The position numbers were made by a program, and so were the translations under genes. 64,000 nucleotides of DNA from Camelus dromedarius (Eukaryota): NCBI RefSeq assembly GCF_036321535.1, contig NC_087436.1, forward strand, positions 33,854,001 to 33,918,000, in the 5' to 3' direction. This document shows, piece by piece, positions 52,187-63,755 of this stretch (its first letter is position 1; each line of letters opens with the position of its first letter). The notes under the pieces were generated by a model, which worked only from the letters and a program-made list of their open reading frames with translations, searched no databases and was not told where the DNA came from.

Positions 52187-53199
52187 GTAGGAAACAAAAT
52201 TGAGCATGAAACTATGTATATTCCATGTTCTGCTTGTCACAGGTTGTGAAAGGCAATTCAGTTTTCTCATATTCACAATGTACTAGAGACGGAAAGAGTT
52301 GATATGGGAGTTGGAAACAGGTTACACGATAGTTTCATTCACATTAGCCAGTTTCCTTGTGAGTCCTCTCCATGGCTGTGCAGAGTGCTCTGATTGCTGG
52401 GATGGTCCAACACTGCCTCTGTTCTTAGTACTGAGAAAACCAAGGGGAAACTTGCAAGGCAAAGAAAACTCTGGTCCAGGCCCAGGGTGGCGGATAATCA
52501 GCACCCCTCCACCTCTGAGGTGACTCGATCAAGGAACAGCCAACTCAAGTGAACACAAGGCACAAAGTATCCAAAAAGTGCAAGAGGTATTTCAACCGCC
52601 CACAGTGCAAAGGCTGTCACCCTGAATATGGCAACACTGAAAACATTCTTTGGAGAACTTAACTCTCCTGGAAAAGTGGGATAATTTGTCGCCTCCCTTT
52701 GAGTCTACCGTCTTAACTTTTGGTACTGGAAGCAAGGGGTCGGTAAGTAAAGCCAGCCAGAAAGAGAACAAACAGGAAGATGCAAAGGACACTCTGCATA
52801 AATGAGGCTCATGCTGTCGGTCAGACCCTTAAAGGGAAAGACAGCAAAATTGTGAAGATACTGCTGCCAGCGGTGACAACGCCATTCACCAGGCCAAGGC
52901 GCTTCTAGAAGTAGCATCCCTAAATGACCAGTGAAGCCTGGTAGGCAAAGGAGCAGCCACAGCAACCACGATTCCACAGGTAAGGTACAGAGGCTCCACA
53001 GAACTCACAAAAGAACTGGACCTGAGTCCAACAAACCCAACAGCGGCACCCACCACAGCTGTTGTCCCACAGCCAAACATGTCTGGGAAGACGCTACTGG
53101 GCAGCAAAAGGAAATCATCCCATGCGTAGAGAACTTACCTATGCTGTCTTGAAGACCATCTTATCACCGCCCTTGGAACTGAAGGTCTTCAGCATGGAC

Positions 53200-53584
53200 G
53201 TAAAGAGCACCCCGCAGGGGTCCTGGATGCCGGACACCGACCCTTGCACCACAGGGCGGTCAGCATCAGCAGCCAGCCCCAGGCGCCCTCAGGGGCTCAG
53301 GGGCCTGGGCCCGTCGGCCAGCACGGCCTCCACCTGGTCGCCAGGGGCCATAGGAGGGACAGGCTAGGGCTGCAGCTCGCTGTCCCTCGCGTATGCAGGC
53401 ATCATGGCCTGAGCTGCCCCCTGAGTGGGGTGGGGGGAGGGGGGCACGCACGCCCGGCTGGTGGAGGAGCCACCGAGTTGGGCTGGCGGGCTAGAGAGGC
53501 CGGCGGGACGGAGGTGGAGCTTCCTGGGCTGGGGGAGCCGGGCTAGGACTCGGCCTCCCAGGCCACAGCCGCGCGCCGGCACTC
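53200..53584. promoter_or_regulatory. CpG-rich, GC-rich segment inherited from the SLC16A10 5'UTR/exon 1
   Basis: Dense CpGs (gcacgcacgcccgg, ggccggcgggacgg, gccgcgcgccggc) in an otherwise CpG-depleted window. Confidence 0.6.
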
Positions 53585-53722
53585 TACGTTTGTTTTTTGA
53601 TTTTAAGTCATACCTAGCAAAATATCTGGACTAAATGTATATAGCTACCTGGTAGTTTAATCACAGGAACTTTAGTTTTATAAGTATGGTTTATATTTTA
53701 AATATTCGATAATTCATTCACC

Positions 53723-54231
53723 TGTGGACTGAAAAAAAAAAAAAAAAAAACCACTACAAGTTGAGAATTTGGTTTTATTTGGTGGATTTTCCGAGAACAA
53801 GTCCAGAAGACAACCTCTCAGATCACTCTGGGACTATTCAGAGGAGGTAAGGGAGGGGGCTGGCTATATGGGAGTTTTGCAATAAAAACCAGGTAGTCGG
53901 AATATCGATAGATACTGTTAATTAAAGAAAACCAGACATTTGGAGTTAATGAATTTAGCCGTTTTCTATGTATGGGAAGATGCAAGGTTCTGGGCTTCCT
54001 ATAATTACTCCTTTGAAGTGGAGCATAGATATCTATTGTTTTCCCTCCTGAGTCCCCCCGGGTGCACCGCTGGGGGCGGCTGCGGTGGCCGAGGGCCTGG
54101 CTGAGGGCAGCCTGTTTACCTCCATCCTGAGTTCCCTCAGGCTCACCACGCCTGGAGCCTGTAGTGACTGATGGCTTGATGGCCATGGTAGCCTTTGTTT
54201 GCTAATAAGGCAGGGGACACTTTTCATCCGC
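53723..54231 (-). mobile_element. Solo ERV1 LTR, MER41-like (cetartiodactyl type), inserted in an L2 3' tail
   Basis: Matches recalled artiodactyl MER41-like LTR blocks (agttgagaatt..ttttatt, ttaattaaagaaaaccagacat, tttctatgtatgggaagatgcaag). On the minus strand a TATA-like site (~53864) is followed by AATAAA (53779-53774). Flanks ttcattca / caacaaatattt..ctatgttccaggc are L2-tail-like. Confidence 0.8.
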
Positions 54232-54999
54232 TCAACAAATATTTCTTAAGTCCCTGCTATGTTCCAGGCAAGTTTGGGGGCTCTCGGGAAAAGGGTACTA
54301 AACAAATAAAATATTTTTTTCGCTTGCAGAGTTACCCTCCACTACTCTTCAGCTGCCTTACCAAATCACCCCATTTGGATCCTTCTGAGAACAGCAGAAT
54401 CGTGAGTACCAGGAATGATTTAAAATTTTGGCTTGCCTCAGAAATGGTTAGGCTACTTCGCCTTGACTGTTTACATGTACGATAGTCATTTGCCTCTTGA
54501 AGGCGATGTAATGTTCAAATGCATTTCTCTTCCAAAAGCACAGAAATAACCAAGTAAAGAAAAAATACTCCTAGGAATTTCATGCAGAATTTTTGTTTCT
54601 CTTCAGCTTTTTGGTTTTCATCAATTCTCTTCAGAATGCAAAATAAAGATAGATGCATAGCTTTAATGACTATGAATTTGCTTTGAAAAACAATGCAAGT
54701 GCCTGTATTTCATATATACTTCAGTTACCGAATAATTAACGATCTAATTCCGCTTTGTACTGATTTTAATGTGCTTAATGATGTGTTTATCACAGTATAA
54801 CTTTCAAACAAAAATAAGACTGTAATGCATGTTGAAGGATTAAATAATTGACTCCATTTTCAGTATTTCTACTTTTTAAATCATGCAGAGAGTATCTGAA
54901 CTGAACTTACACAAATACCTATTGGATTCATTTACATTGGTGTAAATAATGGTTGTAATTCCTGAGCTTTGTATACCAAATGACAGATGATTGACACAT

Positions 55000-55160
55000 A
55001 CTATCTCACACTAGCTCCTAACTTGGGGGGTAAGATCCCTGACAAGCAAGTATTACCACTTCCATTTTACACATCAGGAAACTGAAGCTTAGAGTAATTT
55101 AGTAATTGGTCTTTTATCACACAGGTGTTTAGTGGTAGAGCCAAAAGTTCAATCTTAAAT
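55000..55160 (-). mobile_element. MIR SINE
   Basis: ccattttacacatcaggaaactgaagcttagag. Confidence 0.75.
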
Positions 55161-55259
55161 GTTTTTTCTTACTACCTCATAGAATCCTACAGAAAGTGGG
55201 GTCTCTTTCTGAAGACATGTAATTATTATTCTAAATTATCTGATTTAGAATTTATACAT

Positions 55260-55690
55260 TTCAAATCAGTTCAATAAATACCTTTTGATTTTATGGTTCA
55301 ATGGATATATACTATTCAGATAAGCCCAAAGAGTCAGGCCTCAGATAGCCTACTGATCAGCAATGAGGCTGTAACAAGCATGAGACAGCTGTAACTCACA
55401 GCAGAAAGATGTAAGTTGATGTAAGCAGTATCATGGTAACTTAAAAGAGGAAAGTTCCTTGGGGTTGAGAGAACCAAGAGAAGTATCTTGGAGCAGAAAA
55501 GATTTGAGATGGCCTTGAAAATGGACAGCACAGACAGAGAAGATAATGGGAATGGTGAGTAAAGAAAACAGTATGAGCAAAAGCATAAAGACTGGAAACT
55601 ATGATATATATTTGCAGAATAGCAAGAAGTTGTTTGCTTAGATTTTGGAATAAAATATGGCCAGCAATCAAATGGAAAAGCCAGCACTTA
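55260..55690 (-). mobile_element. L2 fragment
   Basis: tttgagatggccttgaaaatggacag..aaaacagtatgagcaaaagcataaagactggaaac. Confidence 0.6.
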
Positions 55691-56269
55691 CCTTTGAATA
55701 TCCACCTAGAGACCAGCTCTAAAAGCCTATGTGTACTTGTGCTGAACTAATATGCTAATTCTAATATTCCTCTACTAGCAAGTTAAAGGAGAGAACAGAC
55801 ACAAAACAACTCTCTCATAATTTAAAGGATACTCAATTTGGGAAGAAGAGGCAATGAGCATGAATTATATGAATATCCTTTGGTTCTCAGACGGGACTTC
55901 TTTCAGTAAGAAAAGTAGGAGACTCAGTTAAGTAGTTAGTTCAAAGAATATTTTTATAATAATTTGCTGTTAATTTGCTGCTATAGATAAAAATGTTTAT
56001 GGTAAAATAAATCCATCATCAGAGTTACTAAAATTTTCAAAGGCATCTAATTTCTTTGATTTTGAAAGATAACACCCTGTAGTACCTGACTTGCATACTG
56101 ATTACAACTGTAGCTACAAGTGAAACAATGGCCTCCAAACAAAGAATATTCCTTCTAAGGTGATGCTATGGCGAATATTGCTTGGGGGAACCGCAAAGTA
56201 ATCCTTTACAAATAGGTAACAATATTATGTGCTTATAGGCCTTCAGTCAGCCTTACTCTGGGAGTGACT

Positions 56270-56731
56270 CTATTAGTCAGTATTCTCCAGAGAACAAGAA
56301 GAGAGAGAGAGAGAGATTTATTATAAGAAATTGGCTCATGTAATTATGGAAACAGAAGTCCCACAGTCTTCTGTAAGTTGGAAGCTCAGGATAGATGGTG
56401 GTGAAAATTCCAGCCTGAGTTCAAATGCCTGAGAACCAGGAACACCAACAGGGTAAGTCCCTGTGTAAAGGCTGGAGAAGACCAGTGTCCAGCTCAAGCA
56501 GTCATGCAGGGAGGAAATTCCACCTTCCTCTGCCTTTTTGTTCTATTTGGGCCCTTAACTAGTTGAATGATGCCTACTCACATTGGGGAGGGCAATCTGC
56601 TTTGCTCAGTCCACCAATTAAAATGCTAGTCTTTTCTGAAAACACTCTCACATATATGCACAAATATGTTTAAATAGATATCTGGGCATCCTATGGTCCA
56701 GTCAAGTTGATAAATGAAATTAATCATCACA
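56270..56731 (-). mobile_element. MLT2 (ERVL) solo LTR
   Basis: tattagtcagtattctccagagaa..gagatttattataagaaattggctcatg..gtcaagttgataaatgaaattaatcatcaca. Confidence 0.9.
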
Positions 56732-58149
56732 GTGATATCTTCATGAAGATTTCTATTTAGGCCAGTTTTGTGGCTTTTACTAAAATGCTAGGTTAAGAAA
56801 TGGAGTAAGGGCAGTCTTTATCCTTTCTAGAATATGAGGGTATGTCAGTGCTTTCTTAGGGAGAGAAGGAGCTAGCCACCAGCAAAGGTGGGGAGGTGAA
56901 AGGAAATGGACATCCTAGAAAAGACATCTGGGTATAAGGACTTGTGATATCCCTCAGAATTTACTGGTAAAAAAAAATGTAGGGTTTGAAGGCGAAATAG
57001 AGCAGTTATATGAGTAATTTCTTGAGAACAGCAGGAGCTCTGCTCTAACCTAACTGATCCAGTAGCAAGTGCTTAGCTGAATGAGAGGATTGTGAGTCGC
57101 AACTGCACATGTCCCTCCTTTTCACTGAGAGCTAACAATATAAAGTGAGAACTGAAAGGCAATTTTTGAATATGACCAGCTATTGGGGCATAACAAGACT
57201 AGGAGGTGTGCCTGGTGGATCTCTTACCTAGCACTAGTGAGCCTATCCAGGGAGATAATTCTATACAGTAAGCCATACAAAATAGTAAATTGAAAAAAAA
57301 AAAAACAAAACAAAACAGAAAAGGAAAAAGAAAGAAAGTAAACTGGGCAGAATTAGAATTCTCGTTTGCAGGTGAAGAGAGGGGAAAGCCGAGATCATAT
57401 AGACTGGTAATCGTTTTCTTGTCTTATACGTGCTTTTTAAAAAATGAACTTTTTTTATACCGCAATAAATATTCTATGTAATAAAAATAAATAAGTAAAA
57501 GAGAAGGCCCACAGCTTTCCTTTGCTATTTAAGCGGGGCTTGTGATTATCCCAGATATTTAGAATTACTAAATAGACTACTATATAGGTTACAGGAAATA
57601 TAAAGAGCAAGAAGAAAACAATGAAGAAACAGTGAAATTTGATTCTTTAATCTCTGGTATTATAAATCATAAATCCCAGTGTCTACTCTGAATATTATTT
57701 CACTCTAAATTTCTGTTTATGTTTACCTGTATAACACTTAATGCCATGTTACAATTTCATTACCTAAAGTTCCAAAAAAAAAAAAAAAGAAAGAAAGAAT
57801 GAATCAGAATAGAAAAATTCTTAGGTATGCCAGAAATGGGCAAAGAGAAACATGGTTAGCCCAGAAAATGTCTCATGCCTGCCCAGTTGACACTACCTGA
57901 CCCATCTATAAGTCATCTGAAGAAAAGAAGATGCTTATTTTGCTGCTTATTATTCCCCATGCTCACTGGGGAATAGTCTAAATCTCTTGGAAGCTATCTT
58001 AAAGATTGGACTTTGTTTACAAAATGAACAAGACAGGTAGAAGAAATTTTGGGGGGAAAGTTACATGAAAAACCTCTTAAAATAGTTTGTTGAGGAATGT
58101 ACTTAAAGATATACAAAAAAAAGTTCAGAATAACAGCAGAACCTTACTT

Positions 58150-58800
58150 GAACATGGAATTATCTGGAAGGCAATGGAAAAGATAGAGAAGAATTCCAGG
58201 AGAATTTTCAGGATGCACTTAATCATATCTGATTTTGAGGCAATTTCTCTGACTTATCCAGGAGGGTGGAAGAATAAACAGCAAACAAAAGTCAAGTAAA
58301 GAAATGAGAAATAATTGAATTCAAGGGGTTTCTTATTGATTTGCAAAACTCTGTGAGTAATAACCACATTGGCTTTTACCCATACTAGAGAAAAAAAAAA
58401 AAAAAACAACTCTCAGGTTTGGAAGGAAAATAAGGGATTGTAATTGGGTTTCACAGAGCTCCTGGTAGTCAACCTAAAGAAAGCAGAAGTTATTAACCAA
58501 TAAAACAACTGTATCCTTTTTGAAGATTGCTATGGAATGTAAATCAGAATTTTACATGGCATCAGTTTAGCCTACACTTAGGTTAGGAACTGCTGACTAT
58601 TCCCAAGCTTCCTTAAATATGGCCTATTGGGACTGTGTTCTGGCAAAAGTTCATTAGAATTCTCTGTGGTTTCTAAAAGCATGGTCTTTCTGAGTGTACA
58701 CACAATGGAATCTGTTGTTGGCTCTAAATATTTCAGCCTTTTAACAAACTAGGGGTTTGTATACTAATCAAACTATAGCGGTCAACTTAATGGTCAAATA
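58150..58800 (+). mobile_element. Ancient CR1/L3-like reverse transcriptase remnant
   Basis: Ordered degenerate motifs DFEAISLTYPG (cf. NYRPVSLTSIPG), NHIGF (cf. NQHGF) and MESVVGSKYFSLL (cf. QGSVLGPVLFNIF). Confidence 0.4.
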
Positions 58801-59071
58801 ATTAAGGTTTATGTTTGTGCAAGGGTGGGGATTAAGTGAACCCAGCCCAATTCCCTCTGAAAGTTTTTCTTGGATTAACTTCATTGGTTCAGGAGATATT
58901 AGAAGGGAATGTGGTAGGACCACCAGCTCTGCCATATTAAGTTGACGTTATTTACTCTTACGGAGGTGATACAGCCCTAACAGCGTCAAGTAAATGATTA
59001 AAACTTATTTTGTTTCTGGTAACTTCGAATTTGGTTTCAGAGAATTATATAATTTTAAGAGTGACAGAAGT

Positions 59072-59729
59072 TGTCATATGCATTTTCAGATAAGTAATGC
59101 TCACTTTAGTTAACAATCGATATTCCCTTTGGTCAGACAGTATCAGGACCCTCTTCATAGCTGAGGAATCCCCCACTTTATGAATTTTGGTGGGAAGCAG
59201 AAATTGCCTCTTATTATTAAAAAGTTGAGCATGCCAGACACTCATCTGCACAGCCTCCCTTGCAGCCAGAGAGTAGACGTGTTATCTGCATCTTGCCAAT
59301 CAAATGCACTCACGTCATACTTGACTCAGGAGCTAGTGGCACGAGAAACGTGAAATAGTAGAACGTTTTCCTCTTGGGTAGCACAGAGGAGGTTTTGGGT
59401 AAAAAAGATTATGTCCTTAGTAGAGAAGTGACAATTATATCAGCAGCATTAGTAGTTACAGTTCCATTAAATTTTTAGGGCAGAAGAAGAGGCAGAAGTA
59501 ACAGCAATTAAACTAGTATCTAGTGGCAATTTCAGAAGTTCTGTTACCAGATCAGTTCTGTAGCTGCTTGGTTTTGGGGAATTGTTCTTGAGTGCTTAAT
59601 TGAAATCTTTCTTCTCTGGTTCCTCCAAAGCTGCAGTGAGATACTGTGCATCTACTTAATAAATTCCTTATCTAATTCAGCCAGCCAGAGTTGGTTTATC
59701 TTAGTGGAAACTAACAACAATGATGGACA
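59072..59729 (+). mobile_element. LTR33-like ERVL LTR
   Basis: cagcctcccttgcagc..gccaatcaaatgcac..aataaattcctt..cagccagagttggttt. Confidence 0.65.
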
Positions 59730-59760
59730 AAATAATTTTTTAACTTATGATATATTACAG

Positions 59761-60105
59761 TGTCTCAGACTGTGTTTCCCAAAAGCAGACCCAGAGATAA
59801 AAAAAAAAATTGAATATAAGGGTTGTATTTATGAAGGGATCCCAGAAAACACCAGTCTGGGAGTGGGGAAGTAAAGGGAAGGGGAAAAGCTGATGAATAT
59901 TGTGTTTTTGAGCACATTATTGTTTTCAGCACCTCTGGGAGAATATGTAGAATGCACCTCAGAGTTCTCTCTCTTCACCTGAAGGGGAGATGGAAGTTGT
60001 AATGTAGCCAATTAATTAGCCTCTTCTCATCCATGAAACTCTGAGGCAGGGACCTTATGTGTGTAGCAAAGGCAGCTGGATACCAAGAAGGACAGCACGC
60101 CTACA
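59761..60105 (-). mobile_element. LTR16-family ERVL LTR
   Basis: tgtctcagactgtgtttcccaaaagcagaccc..gatcccagaaaacaccagtctgggagtggggaagt..cacctcagagtt. Confidence 0.75.
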
Positions 60106-60447
60106 CAGCAGCCCCTCCAGACAATCTAGACTTACTTAATCAATAAACCCAGATACTGACTCTTCATCAACATAGAGACTTGTTTCTTTTTTCCTTCTCT
60201 GAACTTCATCCCCAAGAACCCATCTGGACTCTGCTTGGACTGTGTATCAGTTTCCTGTTTCTGCTGTAGTAAGTTGTCATACATTTAGTAGCTTAAAACA
60301 ACGCAAATGTATCCTCTTACAATTCCGGAGCTCAGCAGTCCAAAGTCAGTGTCACTGCACAGTTTTAAGGTGTTGTGGTATAGGCTGCTATGAAGGATCT
60401 GTGAGGAGAATCTGTTTCTTGTATCTCTTCAGCTTCTAGTGGCCTCC

Positions 60448-61275
60448 TGTGATGGTCAATGTTATGTCAACTTCACTGGCCTACAAGATGCTGGGATAGC
60501 TGGTAAAACATTATTTCTGGGTGTGTCTGTGAGAGTGTTTTCAGAAGAGATTATCATTTAAAGAGCAGACTGAGTAAGAAGATGACCCTCCCCACTGTGG
60601 GTGAGTATCACCCCATCCATTGGGCCTGAACTGAGCTACAAGGCTGAGGAAGGGCAAATTTGCTTTCTTACCTTAAGCTAGGACATCCATCGATTCCTGC
60701 CCTCTGATATCAATGCTCCAGGTTCTCGGGCATTAGGACTTAAACTCAGGTTCACATCATTGACCCTCCTAGTTTGTAGGCCTTCGGCTTGGACTGGAAC
60801 CTCATCACTAGCTTCTGTGGCCTCCATCTTGCAGATGGCAGATTGTGGAACTTTTGAGACTCTCAGATTGCTTAAGCCAATCCCTCACAATGTAGACATA
60901 CCTTGTTTTGCACCTTGCTTGGTTGCATTTTGCAGATATTGTTGTTTTTTTTTTTCCTTTATTTTTACAAAATGAAGGTTTGTGGTAACCCTGCTTTGTC
61001 AAATGATGGTTAGCATTTTTTTAGCAATAAGATATTTTTAATTAAGTCACGTACATGTTTTAGACATTATGCTGTTGCACACTTAGACTAAATTATGGTG
61101 TAAACATAACTTTTATATGCACTGGAAAACCAAAACGTGTGACTCAGTTTATTGTGATACTCACTTCATTGCAGTGGTATGGAACTCATTGTGTCTCTGT
61201 CAAATGCCTGTAAATCTCTTTCTTTATATCTATATATAATTGGTTCTGCTGCTTTGGAGCACCCTGACTAATATA
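60448..61275 (+). mobile_element. MLT2B-like LTR, split by Tigger1
   Basis: tgtgatggtcaatgttatgtcaactt..ttggttctgctgctttggagcaccctgactaatata; flanks cctcc/tctcc. Confidence 0.9.
60893..61210. mobile_element. Tigger1-derived MITE (internally deleted)
   Basis: tagacataccttgtttt..gaaggtttgtggtaaccctgc..tcaaatgatggttagcatttttt..aatgcctg followed by TA. Confidence 0.88.
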
Positions 61276-62997
61276 TCTCCTGTGTCCCTTGACTTGTGGC
61301 CTCTTCCCCATCTTCAAAGTGCATCACTTCTGTCTCTGTTTCCATCATCACATCCACCTTTTCCTCTGATTCAGACTCTTCCTATGTCCCTCTTATAGGG
61401 ATCCTTGCTATTACACTGGGCCCACTCAAATCATCCATGATAATCTCCTTGTCTCAAAATCATTAACTTGAGCACATCTGTAAAATCCATAAAAGGTACC
61501 ATTCACAGACTCTGGGGATTAGGAGATGAGCATCTCAAACTCCATCATTCAGTCCACCACAAACGGGAGTCCCTGCTTGGCAGTAAAACTCCTGCAACAG
61601 TCTCTCGTTTTGAAACGCATTTGTTCTGCAACAGTAGGAAAGCTGGACAATGTATCTTTCAGCTCACATTTTTTATTGACCAATGCTGCTTTAGGGGCAG
61701 CAACTTCTTAGCACTTTCTGACTCCTTTCCTATCCCTCGCCCAAAGTCCTGAGGTAGAGAGTTGCAGGTATTTTAGTAAGATGCTGCTGGCGTAGGCTGG
61801 GAGAGCAAGTGCTGAGGGGACATGAGGATGGCATCAACAAAGTTCAATACATATTGAAAGCAACCAAAAATACATGTGAATTAGCCAAACTAATTAACTA
61901 AATACAGTGTAAACAAGTTCAGTTCTAGGTCGTGGGCATGGGGTGACTCACACTTTCCTATGAGGCCATGTTTAAAAGCTGACCCCATGAGTTGCCTATG
62001 TTTCTATAGTTTGAATGTTTCCACTGATATGATACAAAAGAGGGAATGCAAAATATATTTCATGACAGATATTTGAGAGTTACCTGATAAGGAGGGGGAG
62101 GCAATTAGTCACAAATTTTACACCAGTGCTTTAATATTCAAGGGAGGTGTTATTGTCAGTCCATAGCATGAAAAAAGAAACTGGGAGATCTAGTCACGGC
62201 AGTGACCTCAAAGAGAGATTTAAACAGCCTTTTGTTAATTTTTGTGGATGGTTAGCTTTTGTCTCCTACTCCCTTTTGGAAATTGAACACCAAAACTAAG
62301 CATAACAATTAAGCATATTTTGGGCATCAAAGTTTCTATGGTATTTCCACAAAACCCGAGGTACATGTTCTTTAATCAGATTTAGGGATATCAGGGTATG
62401 TATCTGGAAGTGAAAATAAGATCTTATAGTGTAGGAATCTGTCATCAAATCCTGTAGTCAGCATGTCAGACAAAATTTGTATATGATTAAAATTCCACTT
62501 AGGAACCCTTTGTTTTATCTATAGATACAGAATTCAGAAATTAAAACATTCGAAAGTTTTCCACATTTGAAACTGTAAACAAACATCTAGATATCTTTGT
62601 CCTATAAGGACGATTTTGCCAGTTTTTTTCCCAGTTTCCTCCTGATCCTCAATTAACTATTCCACTAAACTTAAGGATACAGGTGAAATCATTCTGTATA
62701 TTTGATCCTGTGAATGATGCATTTTGCTTCTTTGTCAGCAATTACAAAATTATCTCTTTGTTATTTCGATAGACTGAGCCATAGTACATTGGGAATCACA
62801 AGTTGAACTGTTTCATAGTAGAGAGCATGGAGGATGAGACTGAGGAAAGGGCAGACTTCTTTTCTCTCATGCCTCCTCTGAGGAACCTATGAGAACTCCC
62901 ATACTATTTCAGCTGTTGATTTTCTCTCACACAATCTTCTAGCCAAGGAACTCTATTTGAATTTCAGTTACTCAAAATGTTAATCATGAAGCCAAAT

Positions 62998-63178
62998 CTG
63001 GGATAGATCCAGGTTTTATTTAATTCCTGAAATGTATTTAATTTGGAAACCCTTCTTTAAATATAATATAATACAAAATTACACATAAGAAATTGGATAC
63101 AGGGCCTTGGAGGGATACCTTGGAAGTGAAGGGCCCTGATGCTCAATTTTCAGTAGCTTCAGGGTAAACTTGCTTCTG
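62998..63178. mobile_element. MER53-like hAT element
   Basis: gatccaggtttt..aatacaaaattac..tacagggccttgga..aagtgaagggccctgatgct..agcttcagggtaaacttgcttctg. Confidence 0.75.
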
Positions 63179-63279
63179 GGACCAAAATTTAATCATTTGA
63201 CATTTGGGAGGCATGAATAGTTTTCAAGCGGAAGATACCTGCATTCTAAAAATAATTTGGGAGGATTATGTCATACCAA

Positions 63280-63714
63280 TTACAGTAAAGAGAGGCTGAA
63301 TGTAGGGAAACCTACTAGAATTCTATTATAATGATCTAGGCACAAAAATGTTTTAGTCTTGACTAGGGGATTACATTGGAATTGGAACTGAAAAAGCCTT
63401 TGCAGGGTTTGAAGATAGATTAGCAAAAGTGAAGGACAAGTAAGAATTAAGGATGATTTTAAGGATCTGACATCTACAAGGATAGGTGGATGGTAGAATA
63501 TACTGGTGCTAAGTGGAAGACACTGAAAAATCAGGAAGAGGGTCAAGTTTATCATTCTGATTTTCAACATTTTAAGATTTAGCTGTAAGCCAGAAAGAAA
63601 TCCAGGTGAAAATACCAACTAAAAAGTAAGTAAAAATGCAAGTGTAGTGTTTGGTAGACAGCTTAGGGCTAGAAAAATAGAGAGATCCTATATGAACTTA
63701 TAACTACTCTCTGT

Positions 63715-63755
<41 letters not shown>

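Larger units (their letters stand above)
52159..53584 (-). pseudogene. SLC16A10: Processed pseudogene (retrocopy) of SLC16A10/MCT10: 5'UTR + exons 1-3 + non-canonical 3' terminal segment
   Basis: Minus-strand translation with frameshifts starts at gccATG (53405). It reads PEGAWGWLLMLTALWC..GSVSGIQDPCGVLFTSMLKTFSSKGGDKMVFKTA*V..SVFPDMFGCGTTAVVGAAVGFVGLRSSSFVSSVEPLYLTCGI..LVNGVVTAGSSIFTILL..FVLFLAGFTYRP..IPLALFGYFVPCVHL, colinear with recalled human MCT10 aa ~65-314. There are no introns at the recalled exon 1/2 and 2/3 junctions, and there are multiple stops and frameshifts. AATAAA lies at 52186-52181, with an A-rich remnant at 52165-52159. TSD-like repeats: tacatttgtcttt (52145-52157) / tacgtttgttttt (53585-53597). 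Confidence 0.95.
60243..61561 (-). mobile_element. MLT1(C/D-like) LTR, split into 60243-60447 and 61276-61561
   Basis: tgtatcagtttcctgtttctgctgtagtaagtt..gcttaaaacaac | ccttgacttgtggcc..attcacagactctggggattagga..attcagtccaccaca. Confidence 0.85.

Noticed and set aside
52592..53634. Overlapping ORFs as a functional SLC16A10 gene or a novel GC-rich CDS
   Set aside because: Homology is spread over three frames with in-frame stops (e.g. KTA*V). The plus-strand ORFs are antisense GC-rich artefacts.
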